Assembly (NCBI GenBank): GCA_900542825.1
Contig: UQOY01000001.1
Location: forward strand, 232,536 to 296,535
Length of the DNA: 64,000 nt
Reading direction: 5' to 3'
Origin: an uncultured Collinsella sp.
GTDB lineage: Bacteria; Actinomycetota; Coriobacteriia; Coriobacteriales; Coriobacteriaceae
A program made the translations under genes and the position numbers. Of this stretch, positions 1-9,986 are shown in pieces; the first letter of the stretch is position 1; the number at the start of each line of letters is the position of its first letter. The notes under the pieces are model-generated. The model saw only the letters and a list, made by a program, of their open reading frames with translations, was not told where the DNA came from and did not search any database.

Positions 1-407
1 AAGGTCTCCACGAGTTTCTGATACAGCTCCTCGCCGCGTTCATCGCCAAAGGCAAGCTTGAGGCTTGCGTGGTTAAAGGGCACGGGCATGAGGGTGCCGT
101 TGATGTTGGCGAGCACCTTGTGCTGGTAGTCCGTCCACTTGGTAAAGCGCGACAGGAAATTGTGAACGCGCTCATTAAAGGTATGGTAGATGTGCGGACC
201 ATACTCGTGGACCAGAATCCCGGCCTCATCAGCGCAGTCGTAGGCGTTGCCCGCAATGTGGCTACGGCGCTCCAGAACGGCAACGCGATAGCCGATGGTC
301 TCGGCGAGACGGCGGGCACAAACGGCACCGGCATATCCGGCACCGACGACAATCATGTCGTATGCGCCGGCGTTAAAGCCTTCAGGCAGGCCTGAGGTAA
401 TCTGCAT
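1..407 (-). CDS. glf: UDP-galactopyranose mutase (N-terminal part, runs off window start)
   Basis: Reverse-strand translation MQITSGLPEGFNAGAYDMIVVGAGYAGAVCARRLAETIGYRVAVLERRSHIAGNAYD...HEYGPHIYHT has the FAD GxGxxG fold and Glf-like motifs. AAGGAG RBS 5 nt upstream of the ATG at 405-407. The + strand ORF 69..395 is its antisense shadow. Confidence 0.75.
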   Translation of the reverse strand, partial: MQITSGLPEGFNAGAYDMIVVGAGYAGAVCARRLAETIGYRVAVLERRSHIAGNAYDCADEAGILVHEYGPHIYHTFNERVHNFLSRFTKWTDYQHKVLANINGTLMPVPFNHASLKLAFGDERGEELYQKLVET

Positions 408-638
408 CGATACTCCTTGTCAAAAGCCACAGGCTCGTTAGCTGGGCTTTTCTCGAACATTCTTCGAGACATATTTATCAGAGCGATTATAGCGCTAATG
501 CGTCCTATAATGAGCTTGCCACACAAGGAAAGCTCAAGCACCGCGGCGTACATAATTGAAAGGTAAACCCGCTAGCAGCGGGTTTATTCGTGAACAGCCG
601 GGCGCCTGGAGCTTAGCGAAACGCTTGTAAGGAGTAAC

Positions 639-1619
639 ATGAGCGATTTCCTAAACCGTATGAAGTCTGCCGCCAAGGCTGACCTTAAGACGATCGTCCT
701 GCCCGAGGGCGAGGATCCACGCACCATCGTCGCAGCCACCAAGATCATCGAGGAGGGCCTGGCAAAGATCGTCATCCTGGGCAACCCCGACGAGATCGAC
801 GTTCCCGGCGCTACCGTCATCGATCCGCGCAATGCCGAGAAGCACGAGGAGTACGCGCAGAAGTTTGCCGAGCTCCGCGCCAAGAAGGGCGTCACCATCG
901 AGCAGGCTCGCGCCCAGGTGATGGATGCTACCTACTTTGGCACCATGATGGTCAAGATGGGCGACGCCGACGGCCTGGTCTCCGGCGCCTGCCACTCCAC
1001 CGCCGACACCCTACGCCCCGCGCTGCAGATCCTCAAGACCGCCCCGGGCACCAAGCTGGTCTCGGCCTTCTTCGTGATGTGCACCAACACCCCGCAGTTC
1101 GGCACCGACGGCACGCTGATCTTCGCCGACTGCGGCCTCAACATCAACCCGTCCTCCGACGAGCTCTCCGAGATCGCCATCGCCTCCGCTCACTCCTGGT
1201 CCACCTTCATGGGCAACGTTGAGCCGCACGTGGCCATGCTCTCCTACTCCACCATGGGCTCCGCCGGCGGCGACGTCGCCAAGAAGGTCCAGGAGGCCGT
1301 GAAGTTCTGCAAGGAGAAGGCTCCCGAGCTCGCCATCGATGGCGACCTGCAGCTCGACGCCGCCATCGTCCCCACCGTCGCCCAGCTCAAGGCCCCCGGT
1401 TCCTCCGTTGCCGGCAAGGCCAACGTGCTCGTGTTCCCCGACCTTGAGGCCGGCAACATCGGCTACAAGCTGGTCCAGCGCTTCGCCGGCGCCGACGCTT
1501 ACGGCCCCATCCTGCAGGGCATCGCCAAGCCGGTCAACGACCTTTCGCGCGGCTGCTCTGCCGACGACATCGTGGGTGTCGTGGCCATCACCGCCGTCCA
1601 GGCTCAGATGGCTGAGTAG
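639..1619 (+). CDS. pta: phosphate acetyltransferase
   Basis: 326 aa, full-length Pta-like sequence (MSDFLNRMKSAAKADLKTIVLPEGEDPR...SRGCSADDIV). AAGGAG RBS upstream. Confidence 0.95.
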   Translation: MSDFLNRMKSAAKADLKTIVLPEGEDPRTIVAATKIIEEGLAKIVILGNPDEIDVPGATVIDPRNAEKHEEYAQKFAELRAKKGVTIEQARAQVMDATYFGTMMVKMGDADGLVSGACHSTADTLRPALQILKTAPGTKLVSAFFVMCTNTPQFGTDGTLIFADCGLNINPSSDELSEIAIASAHSWSTFMGNVEPHVAMLSYSTMGSAGGDVAKKVQEAVKFCKEKAPELAIDGDLQLDAAIVPTVAQLKAPGSSVAGKANVLVFPDLEAGNIGYKLVQRFAGADAYGPILQGIAKPVNDLSRGCSADDIVGVVAITAVQAQMAE

Positions 1620-1633
1620 CGTACGTACCCCTC

Positions 1634-1760
1634 GGGACCCTACAGGGTAAAGCTCTGAAAACGTCCTCGGACATGCATGAAACCCCCGCTGCGCACTTCG
1701 TGCGGCGGGGGTTTCATGCGTCCTGCGGAAAGTTTTCAGAGCTTTACCCTGTAGGGTCCC
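1634..1760. repeat. composite inverted repeat / probable bidirectional terminator between convergent pta and ackA
   Basis: Perfect 29-bp arms gggaccctacagggtaaagctctgaaaac (1634-1662) and its reverse complement (1732-1760). They enclose an inner perfect 14-bp stem catgaaacccccgc / gcgggggtttcatg (1675-1688 / 1705-1718). Confidence 0.7.
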
Positions 1761-2106
1761 TGCCGCCACGTGGCAGTCAGGGTATCTGGAGTGGACGGCG
1801 GCTTGGCTACGAGCTGGGGCTGAAGATCTGAACGGATGGGTGTCGTTGCTGGGAGCGCAGGCGCTGCTGGCGGTGATCACTTTGGAGATTGAAAGGCCGC
1901 TGGGCTTCGGCGGTTGTTGTGCCGGAAAGTGTGTCCCGGTTTGGAGGCGGATTGTGGGTCGCACTTTCCGCAACGTACCTCAACTGGAAAGCTTATCCCA
2001 GAATTTGCGCTCGAAATGGGATGGAGTTTCCGCTGTCCACCTGCTAGCAAAAAGACCTCCGGAGCTATTGCTCTGGAGGCCTTTCTCTCAATTACAAACG
2101 AATGCG

Positions 2107-3285
2107 TTAGTTGTTCTTGGTCAGGCGTTCGACGTCGTGGGCGATCATGTATTCCTCGTCGGTGGGGATGACCATGACCGTGACGGCGGAACCGGCAGCG
2201 CTGATGACCTGCGGGCCGTTGCCCACGGCCTCGCGGTTCTTGTTGTTGTCGATGCGCACGCCCAGCCACTCAAAGCAGTCGCAGAAGGCCTTACGAATCG
2301 ACCAGTCGTTCTCGCCGATGCCGGCAGTGAAGGTGATGGTATCCACGCCCGCCATAGAAGCGATCATGGAGCCGGCCTGCTGCATAGCCTTATAGGCGAA
2401 CATATCGAAGGCGAGCAGGCAGCGCTCATCTCCCTCGGAAGCGCGCGTACGGATGTCGCGGGCGTCGTTGGAGATACCCGAGATGGCAAGCAGACCAGAC
2501 TGCTTGTTCATCATGTCGTCGACTTCCTGGTAGCTGTAGCCGCCCTCGCGCTGCAGGTAACACACGGTAGCCGGGTCGATAGAGCCGCAGCGGGTTCCCA
2601 TCATCAGGCCGTCAAGCGGCGTGAGCCCCATCGTGGTGTCGCGGCACACGCCATCCTCGATGGCGGCAAGCGAGGCACCGTTGCCCAAATGGCACGAGAG
2701 CAGGCGGTGGCAGCGCGAGCCCAGGATCTCCTTGGCCATCATCCACTCGTAACGGTGGCTTGTACCGTGGGCGCCGTACTTGCGCACGTGGTACTTGTCG
2801 CACACGTCCTTGGGCAGGGCGTAGGTGTAGGCAACCTCAGGCATGGTCATGTGGAACGAGGTGTCGAAGACAGCCACGTTGGGCAGCTCCGGATACTTCT
2901 CGCGGCAATACTCTATCGCCGCAGCCTCGCCGTAGTTGTGCAGCGGGGCGAGCGGAGCCACCTCGAGAATCTTAGCCATGACCTCGTCGTCGACGACTGC
3001 GGAATCATCGAAGTGCCAGCCGCCCTGAACGATGCGATGCCCAATGCCATCGATCGTAAAGTCGGTCTTCTCGAGCTCCTCGAGCACGCGAGCGATAGCA
3101 GAGCGATGATCGGGGAAGGGAGCCTCCTCGGTCTGCTTGGCGCCACCGTTCTCGGAGTGGCCGAAGATGCCCATGTCCGATCCGATACGCTCGCAGTTGC
3201 CCTTGGCGAAAACCTCGCGGGTATCGGTATCCAAAAGCTGGTATTTAAGGCTTGAGCTGCCGGCATTGACAACAAGTACGTTCAT
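2107..3285 (-). CDS. ackA: acetate kinase
   Basis: 392 aa, MNVLVVNAGSSSLKYQLLD... acetokinase signature. AAGGAG RBS. The long + strand ORF 1840..3255 is antisense to it. Confidence 0.95.
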   Translation of the reverse strand: MNVLVVNAGSSSLKYQLLDTDTREVFAKGNCERIGSDMGIFGHSENGGAKQTEEAPFPDHRSAIARVLEELEKTDFTIDGIGHRIVQGGWHFDDSAVVDDEVMAKILEVAPLAPLHNYGEAAAIEYCREKYPELPNVAVFDTSFHMTMPEVAYTYALPKDVCDKYHVRKYGAHGTSHRYEWMMAKEILGSRCHRLLSCHLGNGASLAAIEDGVCRDTTMGLTPLDGLMMGTRCGSIDPATVCYLQREGGYSYQEVDDMMNKQSGLLAISGISNDARDIRTRASEGDERCLLAFDMFAYKAMQQAGSMIASMAGVDTITFTAGIGENDWSIRKAFCDCFEWLGVRIDNNKNREAVGNGPQVISAAGSAVTVMVIPTDEEYMIAHDVERLTKNN

Positions 3286-3445
3286 GAGACTCCTTCGCAG
3301 TGCAATACGGCCGATGCAGACCCCTTAAGGCGGCCGCATTTTAATAAGAAGTTATCATATCTTGATAAATAGCTATCAGCATATCGCCCAACGAGCGCAA
3401 AGAGGGACTGAGCGGCACTTGGTCGTCCAGCCCCCCCTCTTGCAA

Positions 3446-4624
3446 TTACTTGCCGTTGACGATGCGCTCGACGTCAGAAGCGATCATGAACTCCTCGTCC
3501 GTGGGGATGACGAAGATCTTGACCTTGGAATCCTTGGCAGACAGGCACCAAGCGCCGTCGCCACGCAGAGCGTTGCGGGCATGATCCATCTTGACGCCCA
3601 TAAAGGCCAGACGATCGGCCACGCCGGCGCGGACGGCCGGAGCGTGCTCGCCGATGCCGGCGGTAAAGACCAGGGTGTCCATGCCGCACATGGAGGTGGC
3701 CATCTCAGCGGCCTTTGCGGCAATCTTGTAGACGAACATATCGAAGGCGAGCTGGGCCTCGGGGTCGCCGGCAGCGGCGAGCTCCTCAACGTTGCGGCAG
3801 TCGTTGGTCTTGCCGCCTGTCACAGCCAAAAGGCCGGACTTCTTGTTCATCATCTCGTCGACCTCGTCGAAGGTGTAGCCGCCCTCGCGCTGCAGGTAGC
3901 AGACGGTGGCCGGGTCGATGGAGCCGCAGCGGGTGCCCATCATGACGCCGTCGAGCGGGGTGAGGCCCATGGTGGTGTCCATGCACTTGCCGTCCTCGAT
4001 GGCGCACAGGGAGGCACCGGAACCGATATGGCACACAACGACCTTGCGAGCCTCGCCGTTGGTCATCTCGGCGACCTTCTTGGAGATGTAGCGGTAGCTG
4101 GTGCCATGAGCGCCGTACTTACGGATGTGCAGCTTGTCGCAGACGTCCTTGGGCAGGGCGTAGGTCTTGGCGACCTCGGGCATGTTGAAGTGGAAAGCGG
4201 TGTCATAGACCGTGACGTTAGGCAGATCGGGATACTGCTCCAGGCAGAACTCGATAACGTTGGCCTCGGGGTTGTTGTGCAGCGGCGCCAGCGGGGCAAC
4301 CTCGCGGATCTTGGCGAGGACGTCCTCGTCGACGAGGGAGGAGTCGCCAAAGTACCAACCACCCTGAACGATACGGTGGCCGATGCCCTCGATCTTGACG
4401 CCGTTGGCCTCGAGGTCCTTCAGGACGACCTCGATGGCGACCTTGTGGTCGGGGAACTCGATGTTCTCGGTCACCTTCTTGGAACCGTTGGCAGCATGGG
4501 TGAAGGTACCGCCGGTAAAGCAGACGCGCTCGCAGGAGCCCTTTGCGGACACCTTGTGGGACTTGGTATCGATGACCTGATACTTAAGGGTCGAAGATCC
4601 TGCGTTGACGACCAGAACGTTCAT
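3446..4624 (-). CDS. acetate/propionate kinase paralog (second tandem copy)
   Basis: 392 aa, MNVLVVNAGSSTLKYQVIDTK... Collinear with the upstream ackA and clearly homologous, but divergent (paralog). GGGAG RBS. Confidence 0.9.
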   Translation of the reverse strand: MNVLVVNAGSSTLKYQVIDTKSHKVSAKGSCERVCFTGGTFTHAANGSKKVTENIEFPDHKVAIEVVLKDLEANGVKIEGIGHRIVQGGWYFGDSSLVDEDVLAKIREVAPLAPLHNNPEANVIEFCLEQYPDLPNVTVYDTAFHFNMPEVAKTYALPKDVCDKLHIRKYGAHGTSYRYISKKVAEMTNGEARKVVVCHIGSGASLCAIEDGKCMDTTMGLTPLDGVMMGTRCGSIDPATVCYLQREGGYTFDEVDEMMNKKSGLLAVTGGKTNDCRNVEELAAAGDPEAQLAFDMFVYKIAAKAAEMATSMCGMDTLVFTAGIGEHAPAVRAGVADRLAFMGVKMDHARNALRGDGAWCLSAKDSKVKIFVIPTDEEFMIASDVERIVNGK

Positions 4625-4744
4625 GTGTCTCCCTACTAACAGGCGGTGTGGCGCCGCCAGGTTACATACGCTTCAATAATAAACCCAAACGCCCTCGCGC
4701 TCGGGTTTATTGCGTTGATATATAAGTTATCGATGCCTGAATAC

Positions 4745-5905
4745 TCATGTCCTTTGGCTTGTAAGACGAAAGAGCGCGGGGATATACACCAACGAAGAAA
4801 TCCCGAGTGCAACAAGCAATATGAGTCGAATGCCCGCAACGCTGCTCAACACAGCGTTGAGCAGATAGAAAAGAACCGCACCCACCGCCACCATCTGGCT
4901 TTGAACCGAAATCAGTGAACAGCGCATCGAAGAATCGGCAGCATTTTGAAAAATTGAGTATTTAATCGGAGCAAATAACGAGTAAGCGACCGTCTGCAGC
5001 ACATAGAACACGGGCAGCAAATAAACCGGAGTAAAGGGAATCAAAAACAGAGCAGTCAGGGAAAGGCGCACGATGCCGCAAATACGCGCAAAGCGGCCCT
5101 TGTCGACACGAGCAATCACACTGGGCACAATAAGCCCCATAGAGGCCGAGGCAAGGAGCTGGACCGCAATGGCCACACCCGAAGCGACGGCATTCATTCC
5201 GCGACCCGCAAGCAGCAGTGAGAAAAAGTCTTCAAGGGCGACAAAAGCAAACGCCTGAGAACAGTCCATGATGAACGCTGACCGAAGAATGCCATTACCC
5301 GCAATAGCAGCACCGATCATCTTCGGGCTCATTCCATGCTCAGGTGTCACCGCAGTGCCCTCTCTTCTCACCTCAGGAATACAGACAACGACAACCAATG
5401 TCAGCACCATTGCGATGATATCGACCGAAAGCCCAATGAGGTATGCACCGACGGACGAAATGAAACCGCCCACACAAGCGGAGATGGCATAAGAGGCATA
5501 GAAAACAAATCGCTCAACGACATTAAGTCTTACGAGCTGGTCCTGAGAGACGCTGTCGATGTAAATCGCTTCTATGGATCCGCTCACACATGCAACGGCA
5601 AAACCTTTGAGAGCAAACGCGCCGATTAAAAGCAGAGGAGAACGGACGAGAAGCAGGGCGGCGTAGTATCCAAGCATTCCCACAACGCCAACGAGACCGC
5701 TGGTCTTTCGTCCAAACCTATCAGCAATATAGCCAGTGGGAACTTCAAGGATGAACTTACTCACTTGATATGCAATCATCATGCTAGAAATCGCTACCAT
5801 CGAAAGCCCGACGAACTCAAGGTAAACCGTCAGAAAATACAAAATGGTGCTGAAGTTCGACAGAAAAACGAACGTCATATAAAGCAAAACCGTACGGTTT
5901 TTCAT
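4745..5905 (-). CDS. MFS transporter
   Basis: Multi-helix hydrophobic protein with MFS-like motifs (GYIADRFGRK). Start chosen at MKNRTV, 6 nt after a GGAGGG RBS. Region GC is visibly lower than the flanks. Confidence 0.75.
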   Translation of the reverse strand: MKNRTVLLYMTFVFLSNFSTILYFLTVYLEFVGLSMVAISSMMIAYQVSKFILEVPTGYIADRFGRKTSGLVGVVGMLGYYAALLLVRSPLLLIGAFALKGFAVACVSGSIEAIYIDSVSQDQLVRLNVVERFVFYASYAISACVGGFISSVGAYLIGLSVDIIAMVLTLVVVVCIPEVRREGTAVTPEHGMSPKMIGAAIAGNGILRSAFIMDCSQAFAFVALEDFFSLLLAGRGMNAVASGVAIAVQLLASASMGLIVPSVIARVDKGRFARICGIVRLSLTALFLIPFTPVYLLPVFYVLQTVAYSLFAPIKYSIFQNAADSSMRCSLISVQSQMVAVGAVLFYLLNAVLSSVAGIRLILLVALGISSLVYIPALFRLTSQRT

Positions 5906-6024
5906 GCTCCGCCCTCCAAGAGTCAGCAATCTAAATCGGAATCTTGGAAAAGCATGAGGGCAAAGCTGTCAGCTATGTGTTACAAGGCGTCAATAAGCAC
6001 TTGACGTCTCGAAGCCAATTAATC

Positions 6025-6915
6025 TCACGAAGCAAGATGACGCAATAGGTGCAGAAAAACCGTCTGGTGTCGATCAGTCCAGGAATTTTGCCGATAGCAA
6101 AAGTAGATAGGCAAGGTTACATCACGCGAACCTTCAATGGAGCACTCACTCACTTCTGACCCATCCGATGCGAGAGAGGACCCAGACAAACTCAATATCA
6201 ATCCCCCGGCTTGAAGAAACTCAGTCTGAGCCCTGTTTCCGTATTCGACATCGCGGAAGCGGAAATTAACCAGCTGGGCTTCAGGGCATTGATTGATTGC
6301 ATTGAGACAGGGTGACAAATTAATGGGAACAGCGAGCCTGCCGCCCAGTAACTCGCGAATGGTCATAGCGCCCACAGATTGATGACCCGTTGGGCACGAA
6401 AGAACCTTGAGCTCCTTTTCACCCAAGTATTTCGAAGAAAGGACACTGTCCCTTGGTTCCTCAAATGAGATGGCCGCATCCGAAATGCCAAGCACAAGTG
6501 ATTCAAAGCATGTAGCCGTTGGCTGATGCCACACATCAAGGTGAATCTGAGGATGCGAACTTTCAAACGAGTCGTACCAGTTTTCGGCAAAAAGGCGCCC
6601 CCGCCCATGAAGGCAGGGGGCGTAAAGACGAAAGTGGCCATCGGGCGAAACGCCGTCACCCCTCGATTGAGCGTACTTTTTGAGATCGTCGACTTGTGCC
6701 AGGATCACGCGTGCACGACGCGCAAATTCTCTGCCCGCCGGAGACAAAACAGCCTCCCCCGCCGATCGGTCGAGCAAAACAATCTGATACTCAGATTCCA
6801 ACTTTTTGATTGCCGACGAAACGGCCTGCGGACTCACATGAACGGCGCGAGCTGCTTTGCGCACACCGCCATAGTTCGCTACCGCTTGAAGGTATTCGAG
6901 TTGAGAAAGCTGCAT
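6025..6915 (-). CDS. LysR-family transcriptional regulator
   Basis: N-terminal LysR HTH (MQLSQLEYLQAVANYGGVRKAARAVHVSPQAVSSAIKKLE) plus a substrate-binding domain; 296 aa. Confidence 0.85.
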   Translation of the reverse strand: MQLSQLEYLQAVANYGGVRKAARAVHVSPQAVSSAIKKLESEYQIVLLDRSAGEAVLSPAGREFARRARVILAQVDDLKKYAQSRGDGVSPDGHFRLYAPCLHGRGRLFAENWYDSFESSHPQIHLDVWHQPTATCFESLVLGISDAAISFEEPRDSVLSSKYLGEKELKVLSCPTGHQSVGAMTIRELLGGRLAVPINLSPCLNAINQCPEAQLVNFRFRDVEYGNRAQTEFLQAGGLILSLSGSSLASDGSEVSECSIEGSRDVTLPIYFCYRQNSWTDRHQTVFLHLLRHLAS

Positions 6916-6956
6916 AGATTACTCCAAAGGCAGCCAAGTCGACGGGCTACGCGCCC

Positions 6957-7292
6957 TCAGATGAGGTTCTCGCCCAGGTTCTTGCCGCCGAGGACGTGCA
7001 TGTGGAAGTGCATGACGGTCTGGCCGGCGTTGACGCCCTTGTTGGAGATGACGCGGAAACCGTCCTCCAGGCCCTTGGCCTTAGCGACCTCCTGGATGGC
7101 GTGAGCCATGGCGCCCATGGTCTCGGGCGGCACGTTGTCGGCGATGTCGCTGTAGTGCTTCTTGGGGATCACGAGTGTGTGGACCGGCGCCTGGGGGTTG
7201 AGGTCGTCGAAGGCGATGACCTGGTCGTCCTCAAAGACAACGGTCGAGGGGATCTCGTGGTTGGCAATTTTGCAGAAGATGCAATCACACAT
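6957..7292 (-). CDS. HIT-family (histidine triad) hydrolase
   Basis: MCDCIFCKI...HFHMHVLGG histidine-triad motif. Start set at the internal ATG preceded by an AAGGAA RBS; the listed 150-aa ORF begins further upstream. Confidence 0.8.
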   Translation of the reverse strand: MCDCIFCKIANHEIPSTVVFEDDQVIAFDDLNPQAPVHTLVIPKKHYSDIADNVPPETMGAMAHAIQEVAKAKGLEDGFRVISNKGVNAGQTVMHFHMHVLGGKNLGENLI

Positions 7293-7341
7293 GGCTGGTT
7301 CCTTTCTCACAGACCAAGGTAATTTTATTTGGTCGGGATGG

Positions 7342-7608
7342 CTAGAACGAGAGGTTGTCGTCCGTGTTGGCGGCTTCGCCATCGGCGAGCACGTCGTTGC
7401 CGTCAACATCCTTCAGGAGCACCGAGACCTTCTGCTCGGCATCGGACAGGCGGGTGCGCAGACTCTTGAGGAGCTCGACGCCGCGGGTATAGCTCTCGAG
7501 CGACTCCTCGAGCTCCATATCACCCGACTCCAAGCTGCGGATGATGAGCTCAAGCTCCTGCGAGGCCTGCTTGTACGTAAGCTGCTCGACCGGGGTCTTC
7601 TCTGCCAT
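7342..7608 (-). CDS. xseB: exodeoxyribonuclease VII small subunit
   Basis: 88 aa, coiled-coil XseB-like (LTYKQASQELELIIRSLESGDMELEESLESY), directly downstream of xseA. Confidence 0.9.
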   Translation of the reverse strand: MAEKTPVEQLTYKQASQELELIIRSLESGDMELEESLESYTRGVELLKSLRTRLSDAEQKVSVLLKDVDGNDVLADGEAANTDDNLSF

Positions 7609-7650
7609 ATCTGTTTCCTTTCCTAAAGGTTTATCGCTATGAAACGCGGT

Positions 7651-9102
7651 CTACTCGACCGTATCGACCGTTGCCGCCACGTTACCGTCTGCCATGCGCA
7701 CGCGGATGGCGTCGCCGGGCTTAAAGGTCTTGGCGCTCGTAGCCACCCCATCATCGCTGTACGCGATGGAATAGCCACGGGCAAGCACCTTGAGCGGCGA
7801 CAGGGCATCGAGCGAGGCTGCCGCACGGCCCAGGTCGGACGCAGGTTTGCCGAGCATCGTGCGCCCCTGATGCTCCAGGCGGGAACTCGCAAGCGTGAGC
7901 GCATGACGTTTGCCATCGAGCCCCGAGGTACTTGCAGCCAGACGTTCGGGCAGGCGCTCAAAGGTGGAGCGGAATGTCCCGACCGAGTGTGCTATGGCGC
8001 CCGACAGGCGATCGGCAGTCAGCGCAAGCTCCGATTCGCGACGCTCGACCATAAATGTGGGGTCGTTGAGGCACGGGCGGCACGCGGCTGCATCGAGCGC
8101 GTCGCCCAAGCGAGCCGTATAGGTATCCCAGGCGCGGCGACCGCGCTGATCGAGCATCTCCAGGTCGACCTGGGCCGACCCAATCATCGATGCCATCGCA
8201 GCACCCAGACGCTGATGGCGCGCCTCGAGCACATCGGCCAACTCCGTCATAGCCGGCGCCACCGATTCGGCCGCCGCCGTGGGCGTGGAGGCGCGGCGGT
8301 CGCTCACCATGTCGCAAATCGAGGTATCGGGCTCATGGCCAATACCGGTCACCACGGGCACAGGACAAGCCGCCACCGCGCGGGCAAGCTCCTCGTCATT
8401 AAAGGTCATGAGGTCCTCGAAGGAACCGCCGCCACGCACGAGCAGAATGCAATCGGGCGCCGGCGTAATGGCAGCGGCGCGGCGCAAGCCTTCAATAAGC
8501 TCTGCCGGCGCACCCTCGCCCTGGACCTTTGCGCCCACGCAGACAAGCTCGACGAGCGGGTTGCGACGGCGCAGCGTACGCTTGACGTCGTCGATTACGG
8601 CACCCGAAAGCGAGGTGACGACTGCCACGCGCGAGCAGAACACTGGGATGCGACGCTTACGCGCCTCATCCATCAAACCCTCGCGGCGTAGCTTTTCGGC
8701 CAGTTGCGCCACTTGTTGACGCAGCAGACCCTCCCCCGCCAGCGAGAATGAGCGAGCGACAAAGCTCATGCGGCCCGTGGCCTTATAGAGATTGAAGCTG
8801 CCCTTAAAGCTCACCTGCATGCCGTCGCGCAAGTCGAAAGTGCGCTTAAGGTAGGCGCCCTTCCAGATGATGCAGTCGACAGCTGCCGAGTCGTCCTTGA
8901 TCTGGAAATAGCAGTGGCCGCTTCGGGCGTTAGGACCACGAAAACCCGTGACCTCGCCCAGAACGCTCAGCTGCGGAATGGCATCGAGCGCACCGGCGGC
9001 GATCTCCACCGCCTGGCTCACGCTGAGCTCCTTGCGCTCCTGCTCGCCCGAACCGTCGAACTCGGCGGAAACGGCATTGCCGGTTAGGTTCCAGCCTGCC
9101 AC
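7651..9102 (-). CDS. xseA: exodeoxyribonuclease VII large subunit
   Basis: OB-fold N-terminus plus catalytic domain (VVTSLSGAVIDDV...GGGSFEDL). Start assigned to the GTG at 9102, 4 nt after an AAAGGAGG RBS; the listed ORF starts at a TTG at 9129. Confidence 0.88.
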   Translation of the reverse strand: MAGWNLTGNAVSAEFDGSGEQERKELSVSQAVEIAAGALDAIPQLSVLGEVTGFRGPNARSGHCYFQIKDDSAAVDCIIWKGAYLKRTFDLRDGMQVSFKGSFNLYKATGRMSFVARSFSLAGEGLLRQQVAQLAEKLRREGLMDEARKRRIPVFCSRVAVVTSLSGAVIDDVKRTLRRRNPLVELVCVGAKVQGEGAPAELIEGLRRAAAITPAPDCILLVRGGGSFEDLMTFNDEELARAVAACPVPVVTGIGHEPDTSICDMVSDRRASTPTAAAESVAPAMTELADVLEARHQRLGAAMASMIGSAQVDLEMLDQRGRRAWDTYTARLGDALDAAACRPCLNDPTFMVERRESELALTADRLSGAIAHSVGTFRSTFERLPERLAASTSGLDGKRHALTLASSRLEHQGRTMLGKPASDLGRAAASLDALSPLKVLARGYSIAYSDDGVATSAKTFKPGDAIRVRMADGNVAATVDTVE

Positions 9103-9217
9103 GCAGCCTCCTTTCGTTATCGAGCACAAGGGCTTCGACCCTGCGCAAATTCAAGTCCAACACATAGTACAGCGCCGCGGGGACACGAATCTCCGCGGCG
9201 CCCATCGACCTAATTTG

Positions 9218-9922
9218 TTATCGGTTGGAGTTTCTGTTGTAGCGAGCCATAAGGTAGAGCAGCTGAATGATCGAAGTGAGCGCTGCGGCCACATAGGTAA
9301 GCGCAGCTGCCGTCAGGACCTTCTTGGCACCGTTGACCTGCTTGGAACTCATACCCGACTGTTCGATGTACGTCACGGCGCGTCGGCTGGCATCAATCTC
9401 GACAGGTAGCGTAACGAGCTGGAACAGCACACTAAACGAGAAGAAGATCAACGCGAGGGTTGTGAGCCCGGCAATGTTCATAAACAGGCCCAAGAGCAAC
9501 ACGATGGTCCAGGTGTTCTGGGTAAAGTTGACGACCGGGACCAGGGCGGTGCGCACCCTCATCATGGCGTAACCGCTCTGACGCTGAGCGGCATGACCAG
9601 CCTCGTGGCAGGCCACGGCAACGCTTGCGACTGATCCGCCCGAACGGTTGGCGTCCGAGAGATACAGGTTGTTATCCTGCGGGTTGTAATGGTCGGTGAG
9701 CTCACCGGCGACGCCCTTGATACCCACGGCGTTGCAACCGTTGGCGTCGAGCATGCGACGAGCGACCGTGGCACCCGTGTCGCCGTCCGAGCGAACCTTG
9801 GACCAGGTCTTGTACGTCGAGTTGATATAGCTCTGCGCCGCAAGGCCAAGCACTGTACAAACAAGAACAACCAGCAGGTACAGCGGGTCGATGCCAAAGC
9901 CGTAACCATAGTAATAGGGCAT
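9218..9922 (-). CDS. membrane-associated putative neutral zinc metallopeptidase
   Basis: HEAGHA zincin motif with flanking TM helices; ~230 aa as is typical of this family. Confidence 0.75.
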   Translation of the reverse strand: MPYYYGYGFGIDPLYLLVVLVCTVLGLAAQSYINSTYKTWSKVRSDGDTGATVARRMLDANGCNAVGIKGVAGELTDHYNPQDNNLYLSDANRSGGSVASVAVACHEAGHAAQRQSGYAMMRVRTALVPVVNFTQNTWTIVLLLGLFMNIAGLTTLALIFFSFSVLFQLVTLPVEIDASRRAVTYIEQSGMSSKQVNGAKKVLTAAALTYVAAALTSIIQLLYLMARYNRNSNR

Positions 9923-9986
9923 GCGAATTCCTCCGAATCGAGTTACACGTTGGAGGCATTCTACCCACTCAGCCGACTAGGCTTCC

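Noticed and set aside
1011-1973. 320-aa - strand ORF
   Set aside because: Antisense to pta and extends through the terminator palindrome; Gly/Ala/Arg-rich low complexity typical of GC-rich antisense frames.
1840-3255. 471-aa + strand ORF
   Set aside because: Entirely antisense to ackA, which has clear homology and an RBS. High-GC shadow ORF.
3362-4639. 425-aa + strand ORF
   Set aside because: Antisense to the second acetate kinase paralog.
7639-8691. 350-aa + strand ORF
   Set aside because: Antisense to xseA.
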